Virus record (IMG/VR): IMGVR_UViG_3300020381_000004
Span: 1 to 61,857 of that record
Length of the DNA: 61,857 bases
Direction: 5' to 3' (one strand)
Source of the DNA: a virus
Lineage: Duplodnaviria; Caudoviricetes
Positions 19,645 to 27,220 of the stretch are shown in pieces (the first letter of the stretch is position 1; each line of letters starts with the position of its first letter). The translations under genes were made by a program, and so were the position numbers. Below the pieces are notes generated by a model. It did no database searches, was not told the origin of the DNA, and saw only the letters and a program-made list of their open reading frames with translations.

Positions 19645-21122
19645 TAGTAATATTCCCTTCTTGTTCGAGGAAACCAGTCTTCTCCCTCGTCTTCACCTTG
19701 TAGTGATATAAAACCACCTTGTCTAAAACGCATGATTGCCATTGTCATACTATCACAATAGTCATCATGATCTCCGTTTGGAAAAGATGCCACTTCTTCA
19801 ATAACATCTTCAGCAAACTTTTCTCCACTAGGATACCACACTTTACCCCCTTCGAAAATAGGGGATACGATGTGCATCCTTGTCGTTTTGTCCAAGTTAC
19901 CCCCTTTACGTCTGCCAGGACTAAATGTCAAAACGGGTAGATTTTGTAATCTTAATTCATCCGCTAAAGGTTGTCCACTTGCTTTTGCTTCAATAAGCAT
20001 CATGTCTGGTTCCCAATAATCGTTTTCTTCTAATGCTATTTCTTTTAGTTCTGGAAAATTCCAACGTCCTTTTTTAGCGTCAAGCATAATTAAATGTTGT
20101 TCGCCATTCTTCTTTGGTTCAAACACACCCCAAGTTGTAATCGCAGAATAGTCTGCCGTCTCTTTTTTAGAATATGCCGTATCGTAACTTTGAATTATAT
20201 AATCTAACTTCGGAACATCATCCTCTTCCCACGGCTGCCACCACTCTCTTTTGATCATGGCAGTTTCTTCTGATGTCGGATTCTGTTGCCACTGGGCATT
20301 CCATTTCATAGGAGCCAATGACGCTTTAACTTTTAGTAACTCGTCCTTGTTCCAAAATTCGGGCCACAAGATTTTATCGTTTGGTAGTATGGCTGGGAAC
20401 TCAATGATCTCCCATTGATCTGCCATAGTATCTTTTGCCATTGCATTGATTAAACGACCAGTTAGATCTTTCTTTGACCATCTTGTTTGCACAATGATGA
20501 TGGTTCCCCCAGGTTGTAATCTTTGTCTTGGGCCAGATGTATACCACTCGTAAGTATTGTCATAAGCAACCGTGGACAGTGCATCTTGTTCCGAGTGTGG
20601 GTCATCGATAATTAAAAGATCCGCACCACGACCAGTCATTGCTGCACCCACCCCTGCTGCAAAATATTCCCCGCCAGCACTCGTTTCCCATCTTCCAGCT
20701 GCTTGGCTATCCTGTTTCAAGTCCGTGTTGGGAAAAATTTCACCGTAGATGGGATCGGCTATAAGATCACGAACTTTCCTACCGAATCTTACCGCAAGTT
20801 CCGTGTTCATGGTAGCCTGTATGATTTTTAATTTTGGATTACGACCCAGGAACCACGAGGGCATGAGATAGGAGGCAAGTTCTGATTTTGAGTGTCGAGG
20901 TGGCATATTGATAATGAGACGTTTTAAGTTACCCTCGGCTATCGCTTCAAGTTTCTTTGCAATGATTTTGTGGTGACGACCAACAATAAAATTCTCATAC
21001 ACATGAAGGGCGTAAGCCAAAAAATCTTTTTCTGCTTTTTCACGAGTGTCCAGTTTTTGTTTCTGTTGTTCAAGCAGAAACAGTTCATGTAACACCTCTT
21101 TAGGAAGTGTGTCTAAGTTCAT
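19644..21122 (-). CDS. terL: Terminase large subunit
   Basis: MPPRHSKS Walker A, LLIIDDP Walker B, QSYDTA and HDDYCDS nuclease motifs. Confidence 0.95.
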   Translation of the reverse strand: MNLDTLPKEVLHELFLLEQQKQKLDTREKAEKDFLAYALHVYENFIVGRHHKIIAKKLEAIAEGNLKRLIINMPPRHSKSELASYLMPSWFLGRNPKLKIIQATMNTELAVRFGRKVRDLIADPIYGEIFPNTDLKQDSQAAGRWETSAGGEYFAAGVGAAMTGRGADLLIIDDPHSEQDALSTVAYDNTYEWYTSGPRQRLQPGGTIIIVQTRWSKKDLTGRLINAMAKDTMADQWEIIEFPAILPNDKILWPEFWNKDELLKVKASLAPMKWNAQWQQNPTSEETAMIKREWWQPWEEDDVPKLDYIIQSYDTAYSKKETADYSAITTWGVFEPKKNGEQHLIMLDAKKGRWNFPELKEIALEENDYWEPDMMLIEAKASGQPLADELRLQNLPVLTFSPGRRKGGNLDKTTRMHIVSPIFEGGKVWYPSGEKFAEDVIEEVASFPNGDHDDYCDSMTMAIMRFRQGGFISLQGEDEGEDWFPRTRREYY

Positions 21123-21200
21123 CTAACCAAAATAAAATCCTGCAAGGAACGAGTAACCCCAGATTCCTATTACAAGATACATCCATTCTTTATCGTCCAT
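21123..21200 (-). CDS. 25-aa hydrophobic peptide abutting terL (not in track)
   Basis: MDDKEWIYLVIGIWGYSFLAGFYFG*; the stop directly precedes the terL ATG. Confidence 0.4.
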   Translation of the reverse strand: MDDKEWMYLVIGIWGYSFLAGFYFG

Positions 21201-21347
21201 ATCCCAACAATAATATATTTAAATAAATTTATCAATCAAGCATATAAGGGTTGCAACAGTAACACCGTACCCCATAATTTACCCCTCCCCCCTTTTTGTT
21301 TTTTCATATTCATTTTGTTTATGTATAAGTAACCCTTGTTTGTTTGG

Positions 21348-21428
21348 AAAATGAATTGAGAAACGCAATGCTTTTTTCGTGTTCGCTGTCGCTCACGTTA
21401 TATTCATTTGCGTTTCTCAATTCATTTT
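21348..21428. repeat. Perfect 21-bp inverted repeat (hairpin A), 39-nt loop
   Basis: aaaatgaattgagaaacgcaa / ttgcgtttctcaattcatttt. Confidence 0.9.
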
Positions 21429-21434
21429 TAGGCA

Positions 21435-21492
21435 TGTCATTTTTTTGACACACAGAGCGTCAAAAGATTGACATGGTGTCAAGTTATTGACA
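21435..21492. promoter_or_regulatory. Three tandem YGTCA-N6-TGACA palindromic boxes
   Basis: Boxes start at 21435, 21458 and 21477. Confidence 0.6.
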
Positions 21493-21509
21493 CCATGTTT
21501 AATGGCGTT

Positions 21510-21728
21510 TTAAGACTCGTCAGTCTTATCTTGAGCAAACATAGGTTCTGACCTGCATTTTTCTTTTAAGACCTTCTCGACCTTCTCAAGCTCATCTCGT
21601 TTAATAAGAAGAGACTTTATTTGCTCGTTGATTAAAATGAGTTTACCAATCGTGACAAAATGCTTTGATTGATATTCCATATATCTATCGTTCAGTTTAA
21701 AATAATCTTTTAAATTTTTATTTGGCAT
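21510..21728 (-). CDS. Small hypothetical protein
   Basis: 72 aa; own sigma70-like promoter and AAGGA RBS. Confidence 0.55.
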   Translation of the reverse strand: MPNKNLKDYFKLNDRYMEYQSKHFVTIGKLILINEQIKSLLIKRDELEKVEKVLKEKCRSEPMFAQDKTDES

Positions 21729-21762
21729 GATTACAATCCTTTCATTTAATTAATCACAATTC

Positions 21763-21791
21763 AATATAATCCCATATTATCTTATAGTCAA
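21763..21791 (-). promoter_or_regulatory. Sigma70-like promoter
   Basis: TTGACT-N17-TATATT with an AT-rich upstream region. Confidence 0.65.
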
Positions 21792-21898
21792 ATAAAAAAT
21801 TAATTATTTTAAACTTTTTTTATTTAGCTAAATCAGTTACAATCTCTCCGCATCCCTGGTTGCTGGGCCCCGGTGCCTGAGTCGGGAGGCGGTCTGCA

Positions 21899-21964
21899 AA
21901 AAAGAATCGCAGATCGCAAGGATCAGTTGTTGTGATTAATTAATTGCGATCTGCGATTCTTTTT
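21899..21964. repeat. Perfect 21-bp inverted repeat (hairpin B), 24-nt loop
   Basis: aaaaagaatcgcagatcgcaa / ttgcgatctgcgattcttttt. Confidence 0.9.
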
Positions 21965-21982
21965 CAGAGGAATCTGGTTCGG

Positions 21983-22171
21983 TTACGAACCAGACTTATT
22001 CATTTTTAACTTTATCTCGGTTAGTCTGGCTGGAATCACAATGTGTGCATTGCACTCATTACAACAACGCCCATCATCAATTGGTTGTGCATTGTTTCCT
22101 TGATCCCAATACATCACGCCTTCTTCCGTGTATTGTTTTTCTATTTCGGCTTTACATATACAGCATTTCAT
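21983..22171 (-). CDS. Small Cys-rich (zinc-binding) protein
   Basis: CCIC...GNNAQP...GRCCNECN; RBS AAGGAG. Confidence 0.75.
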   Translation of the reverse strand: MKCCICKAEIEKQYTEEGVMYWDQGNNAQPIDDGRCCNECNAHIVIPARLTEIKLKMNKSGS

Positions 22172-22195
22172 TTGCTTCTCCTTTTAATTTCTTTT

Positions 22196-22223
22196 AGTAT
22201 AAGATATTCTAGGAGCTTGTCAA
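22196..22223 (-). promoter_or_regulatory. Sigma70-like promoter
   Basis: TTGACA-N16-TATACT. Confidence 0.7.
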
Positions 22224-22283
22224 CCACTTTTTTCTCTAGCACCCCCAGTTCCCGGCAGCTGCAGCGTCCCGGTGTCCCTAAAA

Positions 22284-22346
22284 AAGAATCGCAAGGGTCA
22301 CAAAGTTTTGTTTGTTTTTTAGATAGTTGTGACCCTTGCGATTCTT
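22284..22346. repeat. Perfect 20-bp inverted repeat (hairpin C), 23-nt loop
   Basis: aagaatcgcaagggtcacaa / ttgtgacccttgcgattctt. Confidence 0.9.
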
Positions 22347-22409
22347 AGCTCCCAAGCCTTCCGTCCCGGATCGCCCGGGCCCAGAAGCTCCTGGAAGGAG
22401 GCGGGAGGC

Positions 22410-22474
22410 AAACAATGTGCAGACTTGCAAAGATTCGAATTGGTTTTATATTATTGCAAGTCTGCACATTGTTT
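22410..22474. repeat. Perfect 21-bp inverted repeat (hairpin D), 23-nt loop
   Basis: aaacaatgtgcagacttgcaa / ttgcaagtctgcacattgttt. Confidence 0.9.
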
Positions 22475-22484
22475 AATTTTCCAG

Positions 22485-22512
22485 TTGACACAGTCCCAGA
22501 AATTCTTATACT
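22485..22512 (+). promoter_or_regulatory. Sigma70-like promoter
   Basis: TTGACA-N16-TATACT upstream of the gene at 22546. Confidence 0.7.
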
Positions 22513-22545
22513 GGAAACATAACCATTTAATAAAGGAGAAATAAA

Positions 22546-22878
22546 ATGGCATCTTATCCAATTTGGAACAAAGTCACAGCTTGTATTTACAAAGGTCAGA
22601 AGAGTTATGGAGTCAAGCAGACCGGGGAAGTTTCCGTTTATGTCGGATCATCCGCCAAAAACTCGCATCACTTTTTGAACCACTCAACCACAATGAGAGA
22701 ACGCACCAACGGAGATCGTGAATTTCGTTTTTATGTTGATGGGGTTCTTATCAAAAGAGTCTTGTTGCCGAAGGGTGGCGTTGACCTGGTCAAGCTGAAA
22801 AATGTTCCAAACGACTTGCAGACAGGCAAGATTTTATATAGAGATGACATCCATCTGATCGATGATCCAGAAGCGTGA
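22546..22878 (+). CDS. Hypothetical early protein
   Basis: 110 aa; AAGGAG RBS, promoter and terminator. Confidence 0.75.
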   Translation: MASYPIWNKVTACIYKGQKSYGVKQTGEVSVYVGSSAKNSHHFLNHSTTMRERTNGDREFRFYVDGVLIKRVLLPKGGVDLVKLKNVPNDLQTGKILYRDDIHLIDDPEA

Positions 22879-22894
22879 GCTTCTGGATTTTTTT
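22865..22894 (+). terminator. Rho-independent terminator with the stop codon in its loop
   Basis: atccagaagc-gtga-gcttctggat followed by a T-run. Confidence 0.7.
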
Positions 22895-22948
22895 CCCAAT
22901 TTTTTTTCCCAGTAAATAAAGATCGCAAAGAATCGCAGAGCGACCATT

Positions 22949-23371
22949 TCATTTTCTTTGCGATCTGATTCGTGCTTCCCAATTCGCAGTTTGCAACACC
23001 CGCACCAGATTTCCGTGATCCAGGTAACCCGGAAGGGAGTCGGACAGAGACGGAGTGCAGAGGTGGACAGAGATAAAAGTGCAGAGTTTACCACCATCAA
23101 ATAAAAATAGATCAGAGGTCAAAGGGTCACGAACCAAGAAAAAAGAAATGTAATTATTGGCTTGTATTCTCAAATGTATTGATATCTGGGACTTTTCCAC
23201 AGTTATCCTATTTCCTTTTATTGGCGATTTTAACTCAATAAACAAAGGCAATTTATCAGTTATTATTATTAAATCTGGAAAACCAGAATTAAATTTATTT
23301 TCTATTTTCTGGATAAAACAACCTTTTGGAAGTTGTTTTTTTATGTTCAAAAAAAAGTTTTTTTCGTTCAT
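22949..23371 (-). CDS. PD-(D/E)XK nuclease, Holliday junction resolvase / VRR-NUC-like
   Basis: E...IEN...GFPDL...FIELKS...SQ motifs. Confidence 0.7.
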   Translation of the reverse strand: MNEKNFFLNIKKQLPKGCFIQKIENKFNSGFPDLIIITDKLPLFIELKSPIKGNRITVEKSQISIHLRIQANNYISFFLVRDPLTSDLFLFDGGKLCTFISVHLCTPSLSDSLPGYLDHGNLVRVLQTANWEARIRSQRK

Positions 23372-23433
23372 TTTATTGTTGACTTATATGGAAATATATG
23401 GGAATAATTATTATATAGCATAAGGGAGAAAAT

Positions 23434-23580
23434 ATGTTTCAAAGAAATAATAAACCATTTACTTCAGAAGACCAGAAGTTTTTTTTATCTCCACTTTACT
23501 GGATCGAAACAGTAATGGAGGAGCAAGATGAGACAACAGAATATGTTAACAAAAAATATGGAGGACAAGATGACAACTAG
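23434..23580 (+). CDS. 48-aa hypothetical protein (not in track)
   Basis: GGGAG RBS; MFQRNNKPFTSEDQKFFLSPLYWIETVMEE... Confidence 0.5.
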   Translation: MFQRNNKPFTSEDQKFFLSPLYWIETVMEEQDETTEYVNKKYGGQDDN

Positions 23581-23998
23581 AATGTTAGTTCCAGAAGATA
23601 TTGAAACCAACACTCCAGTAAAAATTTACAAGAATAAACCAAAGAATCTTTGGAGTGTTCAAGTAAAAACCGAAAAAGGCTGGAGAGTAAAAGGTCACAT
23701 AAAAATAGCCAGAGTTAATAATGGCAGATTTCAAGTTAATGAAAAGACTAGACAAAAGATTGTAGAGCAAAGAAAAAAATATGTTCACGCTTTTGTTATT
23801 GGCGAATGGTGTCAACATTGGACACTTTACGGAGATCATGGTTGTGTAGAATTTGTTAAATACAATCCTTACAAACACAAAGAATTTAGAACCACAGATT
23901 GGTATGGTAACAAACCAATATCTCCAGATTGGAGAGGAATTGTTTATTTTGGCAAAGATGGCAATGTAACCAAAGTAAAGAAAGGGGGACCTAATTAA
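23570..23998 (+). CDS. Conserved phage early protein
   Basis: KIYKN...WSVQ...KKYVHAFVIG...YNPYK; start moved to MTTRM behind GGAGG. Confidence 0.7.
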   Translation: MTTRMLVPEDIETNTPVKIYKNKPKNLWSVQVKTEKGWRVKGHIKIARVNNGRFQVNEKTRQKIVEQRKKYVHAFVIGEWCQHWTLYGDHGCVEFVKYNPYKHKEFRTTDWYGNKPISPDWRGIVYFGKDGNVTKVKKGGPN

Positions 23999-24231
23999 TG
24001 GCTAACTTACAAAACAATGTAATGATAGGGGTCGAGCAAGAGCTTGACCTTTGCCTCAATGAAAAAGGAATGACAAACGAACAAGCTTTAAATCATATTG
24101 AAAAAGAGCTTGGCACATATAAAAGAGAGATTGCAAAGTTGATTATCTTAGAAAGACAAGCAGAAGATAGAACTAGTCAATCTTGGGAAGACTTTCACAG
24201 AACTAACAGAAGCTTACATCAAGGAGATTAA
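23998..24231 (+). CDS. Hypothetical protein
   Basis: 77 aa, coupled start. Confidence 0.6.
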   Translation: MANLQNNVMIGVEQELDLCLNEKGMTNEQALNHIEKELGTYKREIAKLIILERQAEDRTSQSWEDFHRTNRSLHQGD

Positions 24232-24234
24232 ACT

Positions 24235-24561
24235 ATGCCAATGTTAATATATATTTATAAAAATAATTTAGGCGATTGCACTAATAATGGTGTTTCGTCC
24301 AGAGATATAAAAGGCTTATGTCTTACGAATGTAGATGGGCCTTTCGAGCCTTGCAAAGATTATCCAAAAGCAGAACTTATTTTACAAGATTTTGGATATG
24401 GCAAGAGTGTTAAAATTGTACCTCATGAAGTAATCGACAAAAATCCAATGTTTGGTGGTAACTTCGGAGAAACTTCAGACTCCAGATTTTCAGAGAAAGT
24501 TTCTGAAATGCTAGGACATAAGTTTTATGGTGCAGTCGCAATTCATGATAGAGTAGAATAA
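24235..24561 (+). CDS. Conserved phage early protein
   Basis: DCTNNGVSS...MFGGNF..TSDSRF...AIHDRVE. Confidence 0.7.
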   Translation: MPMLIYIYKNNLGDCTNNGVSSRDIKGLCLTNVDGPFEPCKDYPKAELILQDFGYGKSVKIVPHEVIDKNPMFGGNFGETSDSRFSEKVSEMLGHKFYGAVAIHDRVE

Positions 24562-24562
24562 A

Positions 24563-24811
24563 ATGAAACCAATCAAATTTAGAACAAGCCTAATCCACTT
24601 ACCAGACTCAATGGATCAAACGGTCTTTAGAATTTTAGACGATTTTAAAGACGGAGTCACAGACGGATTAATTCATGGTATTAGAAGTGAAACTAACAAA
24701 TCTCATTATTACAAAGAAGGTTATGACTTTGGATTAGTTTTACATAGCGATCAAATAGATATGTTTAACAAACACAAATATGGAGAAGACGATGCTCAGA
24801 CATTTAAATAA
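24563..24811 (+). CDS. Hypothetical protein
   Basis: 82 aa; YYKEGYDFG. Confidence 0.6.
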   Translation: MKPIKFRTSLIHLPDSMDQTVFRILDDFKDGVTDGLIHGIRSETNKSHYYKEGYDFGLVLHSDQIDMFNKHKYGEDDAQTFK

Positions 24812-25865
24812 AACTCATGTAGATTTATGTAGTGGTATTGGTGGTTTTGCACTTGGCTTAGATGAAGGTGCAAAGTTATCCAAACCAATTTTATTTTGTG
24901 ACACCGAACAATGGTGTCACAAAGTATTAAAAAAGAATTTTCCAAGTATCCCAATTTTTAACGATGTAAAGGAGATCGCAAATGACCCAAAAAGATTTAT
25001 TCCAAAAAAACCAGATATCCTCACCTCTGGATATCCATGTCAACCATTTTCAGTCGCGGGAAATCGCAGAGGGCAAGAAGACCCTCGCCACATCTTCCCG
25101 TACATCTTTAGAATTGTTGAACAAACAAGACCCTCTTATGTCATTTACGAAAATGTTTATGGGCATCTCTCATTGGGATTGGACGAGGTTCTCTTTAAAA
25201 TGGAAAGCATCGACTACTGTACGAGGACATTTGTATTTCCGTCTTCATCAGTCGGAGCATGGCACAAAAGGGACAGACTCTGGATCGTCTGTAAATCTTT
25301 ACGCAACACCGAACACGATGGATCATCTTCCCCCAAGGAGTGCAGAAGCAACGAAGAAAATGCAAGAAGGTCACAGAAAGGGACGAAAGAAACCGAGCAA
25401 TCTGAGAGAGCAGTTAGATCCAATGACAATGAGTTTGTATCCAACTCCAACGACCAAAGGTTTCGGTCATGCCTCAGAGGGTCAGACAATGATCTTCAGA
25501 AAGAAAGTAGAGAATGGAGAGATGACGGAAGCAGAAGCTCAAGCAATGATGGATGGAGTGACGTTAAGACCACCAAGAATGAAAACTTGGAATTATCCAA
25601 CACCACTTGCGAGAGATTGGAAGGACGCATCATACAATCCAACATGGAAAGAGAGCAGAGACAAATCGTTACCGAGAGAAGTGTTGAAGAACAATTATCA
25701 TGGTGGGAAGTTGAACGCCAACTTCACGGAGTTCCTAATGGGATATCCACAGAATTGGACAAAGACAGAAAACAACGATTGATTGGCTTGGGGAATGCAA
25801 TATGTCCCCAAAATGCAATGTATCTAGGACTAGCTTTGAGAGGAGAGTTTAATGGCACATCTTAA
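24792..25865 (+). CDS. C5-cytosine DNA methyltransferase, catalytic (alpha-like) polypeptide
   Basis: Motif I DLCSGIGG, IV GYPCQPFS, VI ENV, VIII HKRDR, X LGNAI; TRD and motif IX are absent from this frame. Confidence 0.9.
   Translation: MLRHLNKTHVDLCSGIGGFALGLDEGAKLSKPILFCDTEQWCHKVLKKNFPSIPIFNDVKEIANDPKRFIPKKPDILTSGYPCQPFSVAGNRRGQEDPRHIFPYIFRIVEQTRPSYVIYENVYGHLSLGLDEVLFKMESIDYCTRTFVFPSSSVGAWHKRDRLWIVCKSLRNTEHDGSSSPKECRSNEENARRSQKGTKETEQSERAVRSNDNEFVSNSNDQRFRSCLRGSDNDLQKESREWRDDGSRSSSNDGWSDVKTTKNENLELSNTTCERLEGRIIQSNMEREQRQIVTERSVEEQLSWWEVERQLHGVPNGISTELDKDRKQRLIGLGNAICPQNAMYLGLALRGEFNGTS
24982..25782 (+). CDS. Nested alternative-frame MTase subunit (beta-like; TRD repeats plus motif IX)
   Basis: Own AAGGAG RBS; three Y(A/P)TP repeats; KLNANFTEFLMGYPQNWT resembles motif IX. 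Confidence 0.75.
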   Translation: MTQKDLFQKNQISSPLDIHVNHFQSREIAEGKKTLATSSRTSLELLNKQDPLMSFTKMFMGISHWDWTRFSLKWKASTTVRGHLYFRLHQSEHGTKGTDSGSSVNLYATPNTMDHLPPRSAEATKKMQEGHRKGRKKPSNLREQLDPMTMSLYPTPTTKGFGHASEGQTMIFRKKVENGEMTEAEAQAMMDGVTLRPPRMKTWNYPTPLARDWKDASYNPTWKESRDKSLPREVLKNNYHGGKLNANFTEFLMGYPQNWTKTENND

Positions 25866-26067
25866 ATTATCAAATAATGAAGTATTATTATTTATTAGAA
25901 GTATGCACACTTATCAAAATAAATTAGAAGAAGATCATCCACATTCTGATACTTATCCTTACACACATCCAGTATCTAGAGAAATGAGATATGTTATTCA
26001 AACTATTGGTAAGATGAAAAATGAGCTAAAGGTAAGATCAATGCGGCCCCACAAGGTGACCACATGA
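25852..26067 (+). CDS. Hypothetical protein
   Basis: 71 aa with RBS. Confidence 0.55.
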   Translation: MAHLKLSNNEVLLFIRSMHTYQNKLEEDHPHSDTYPYTHPVSREMRYVIQTIGKMKNELKVRSMRPHKVTT

Positions 26068-26321
26068 CAAGAGGTAGACCTCCTGGATCAGTAGAAAATC
26101 TTTTTCAAAAGGTTGAAAGGCTCAGAAATTTATATATAGAGCATTGTGAGTTAGTGGGTAGACCACACTCTCAAAGATATCAAGGCGTATTGGATGGTAT
26201 CGATCTTTGCATGGAACTTGCAGAAAGTATAAAAGCTTTTCAAAGTGACATCAGAGAAATTAAATTAACGAAAGGACTTAGTAATGAAACGAATACACAA
26301 AGCAAAACAAGCTGCGAATAG
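26064..26321 (+). CDS. Hypothetical protein
   Basis: 85 aa; ATGA overlap; RGRP N-terminus. Confidence 0.55.
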   Translation: MTRGRPPGSVENLFQKVERLRNLYIEHCELVGRPHSQRYQGVLDGIDLCMELAESIKAFQSDIREIKLTKGLSNETNTQSKTSCE

Positions 26322-26465
26322 GCACAAACGGAAAACAAACGCAAGAAACAAGTATTTTTCTTACACACACAACGGAAACAAAAAAGTTAGAAAATAATAA
26401 TGTCCCTTGACTTGCAAAATTTATGTGTGTTATTTCTTAATAGCACGAGGCAATTACGGGAATTG

Positions 26466-26975
26466 CTATTCAACGCCCTTGTCGGAGAGGGTTTTCCTCC
26501 CCTTGTCCTCTCCGACTACCTCATAATCACCTTCAATGAATGCAGACGGATAAGCTTTTTTTATCTCAGAAAGTCTGGCTACAATCTCTTCACGAGAAAG
26601 TTTATCTAACTGATGCACAACATTTGTTTCTCTTTTATCTATGGCAAGACCGCCGAGTGCAGATCTAATCTTCTCTGCATTGACCGCAGCAGAAAATTGT
26701 CCAGACTCTTCTGCTCCTTTGGAAAGATCAGAAAATCTTTTCAACTGACCCAACAAAGTGACACCGTATTTCTTTTCTCTGGCTTCACGAAGATCTTTAA
26801 CATGATCCACAACCAGGGGAAAATCTTTACCATTGAGCAAAAGACTTGCAGTCTTAGCTGCTTGTCCTTCAGAATATCCAGCTTTTCTAGCACATTCCGC
26901 ATTGGAATAAGTGCCTTCAACTATAAATTTAGCAAATTCTTTTTGTCTATTTGTAAGGAATTTTTCTTTTGGCAT
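26466..26975 (-). CDS. terS: Terminase small subunit
   Basis: LTNRQKEFA...NAECARKAGYS...ASLLL helix-turn-helix of TerS. Confidence 0.8.
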   Translation of the reverse strand: MPKEKFLTNRQKEFAKFIVEGTYSNAECARKAGYSEGQAAKTASLLLNGKDFPLVVDHVKDLREAREKKYGVTLLGQLKRFSDLSKGAEESGQFSAAVNAEKIRSALGGLAIDKRETNVVHQLDKLSREEIVARLSEIKKAYPSAFIEGDYEVVGEDKGRKTLSDKGVE

Positions 26976-27059
26976 AGCCTTATAATAGTGTTTCTGCCAT
27001 ATTTTTTCAATTCAAAACGCAAAAAAATGCCCACGTGTCATCATAAATGCAGTATGAAG

Positions 27060-27145
27060 TGTAACATCTGTAACCAAAGTGTAACCAATATCCCTAGTGT
27101 CAGTAAGGGTTTGAGGGGTGTGGTTACAAGGTTACACTGGTTACA
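27060..27145. repeat. Three TGTAAC direct repeats facing three inverted GTTACA repeats (ori/pac-like)
   Basis: TGTAAC at 27060, 27069, 27080; GTTACA at 27123, 27131, 27140. Confidence 0.75.
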
Positions 27146-27220
27146 CCTATTTTTAAAAAATTTTTTCAAACAAAAAATTATGACAGAAACACTATATGTG
27201 TTTGGCAGAAAGAGCAAAGC

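Noticed and set aside
21348-22474. CRISPR array or integron attC interpretation of the hairpins
   Set aside because: No identical direct repeats with regular spacers, no cas or integrase gene, and stems are perfect, lacking attC extrahelical bases and RYYYAAC/GTTRRRY ends.
22329-22544. 71-aa ORF across hairpins C and D
   Set aside because: Lies over inverted repeats and a promoter, with no RBS.
24982-25782. Methyltransferase as a frameshifted pseudogene or assembly error
   Set aside because: Both frames are fully open, the main frame retains motif X, and the nested frame has its own RBS.
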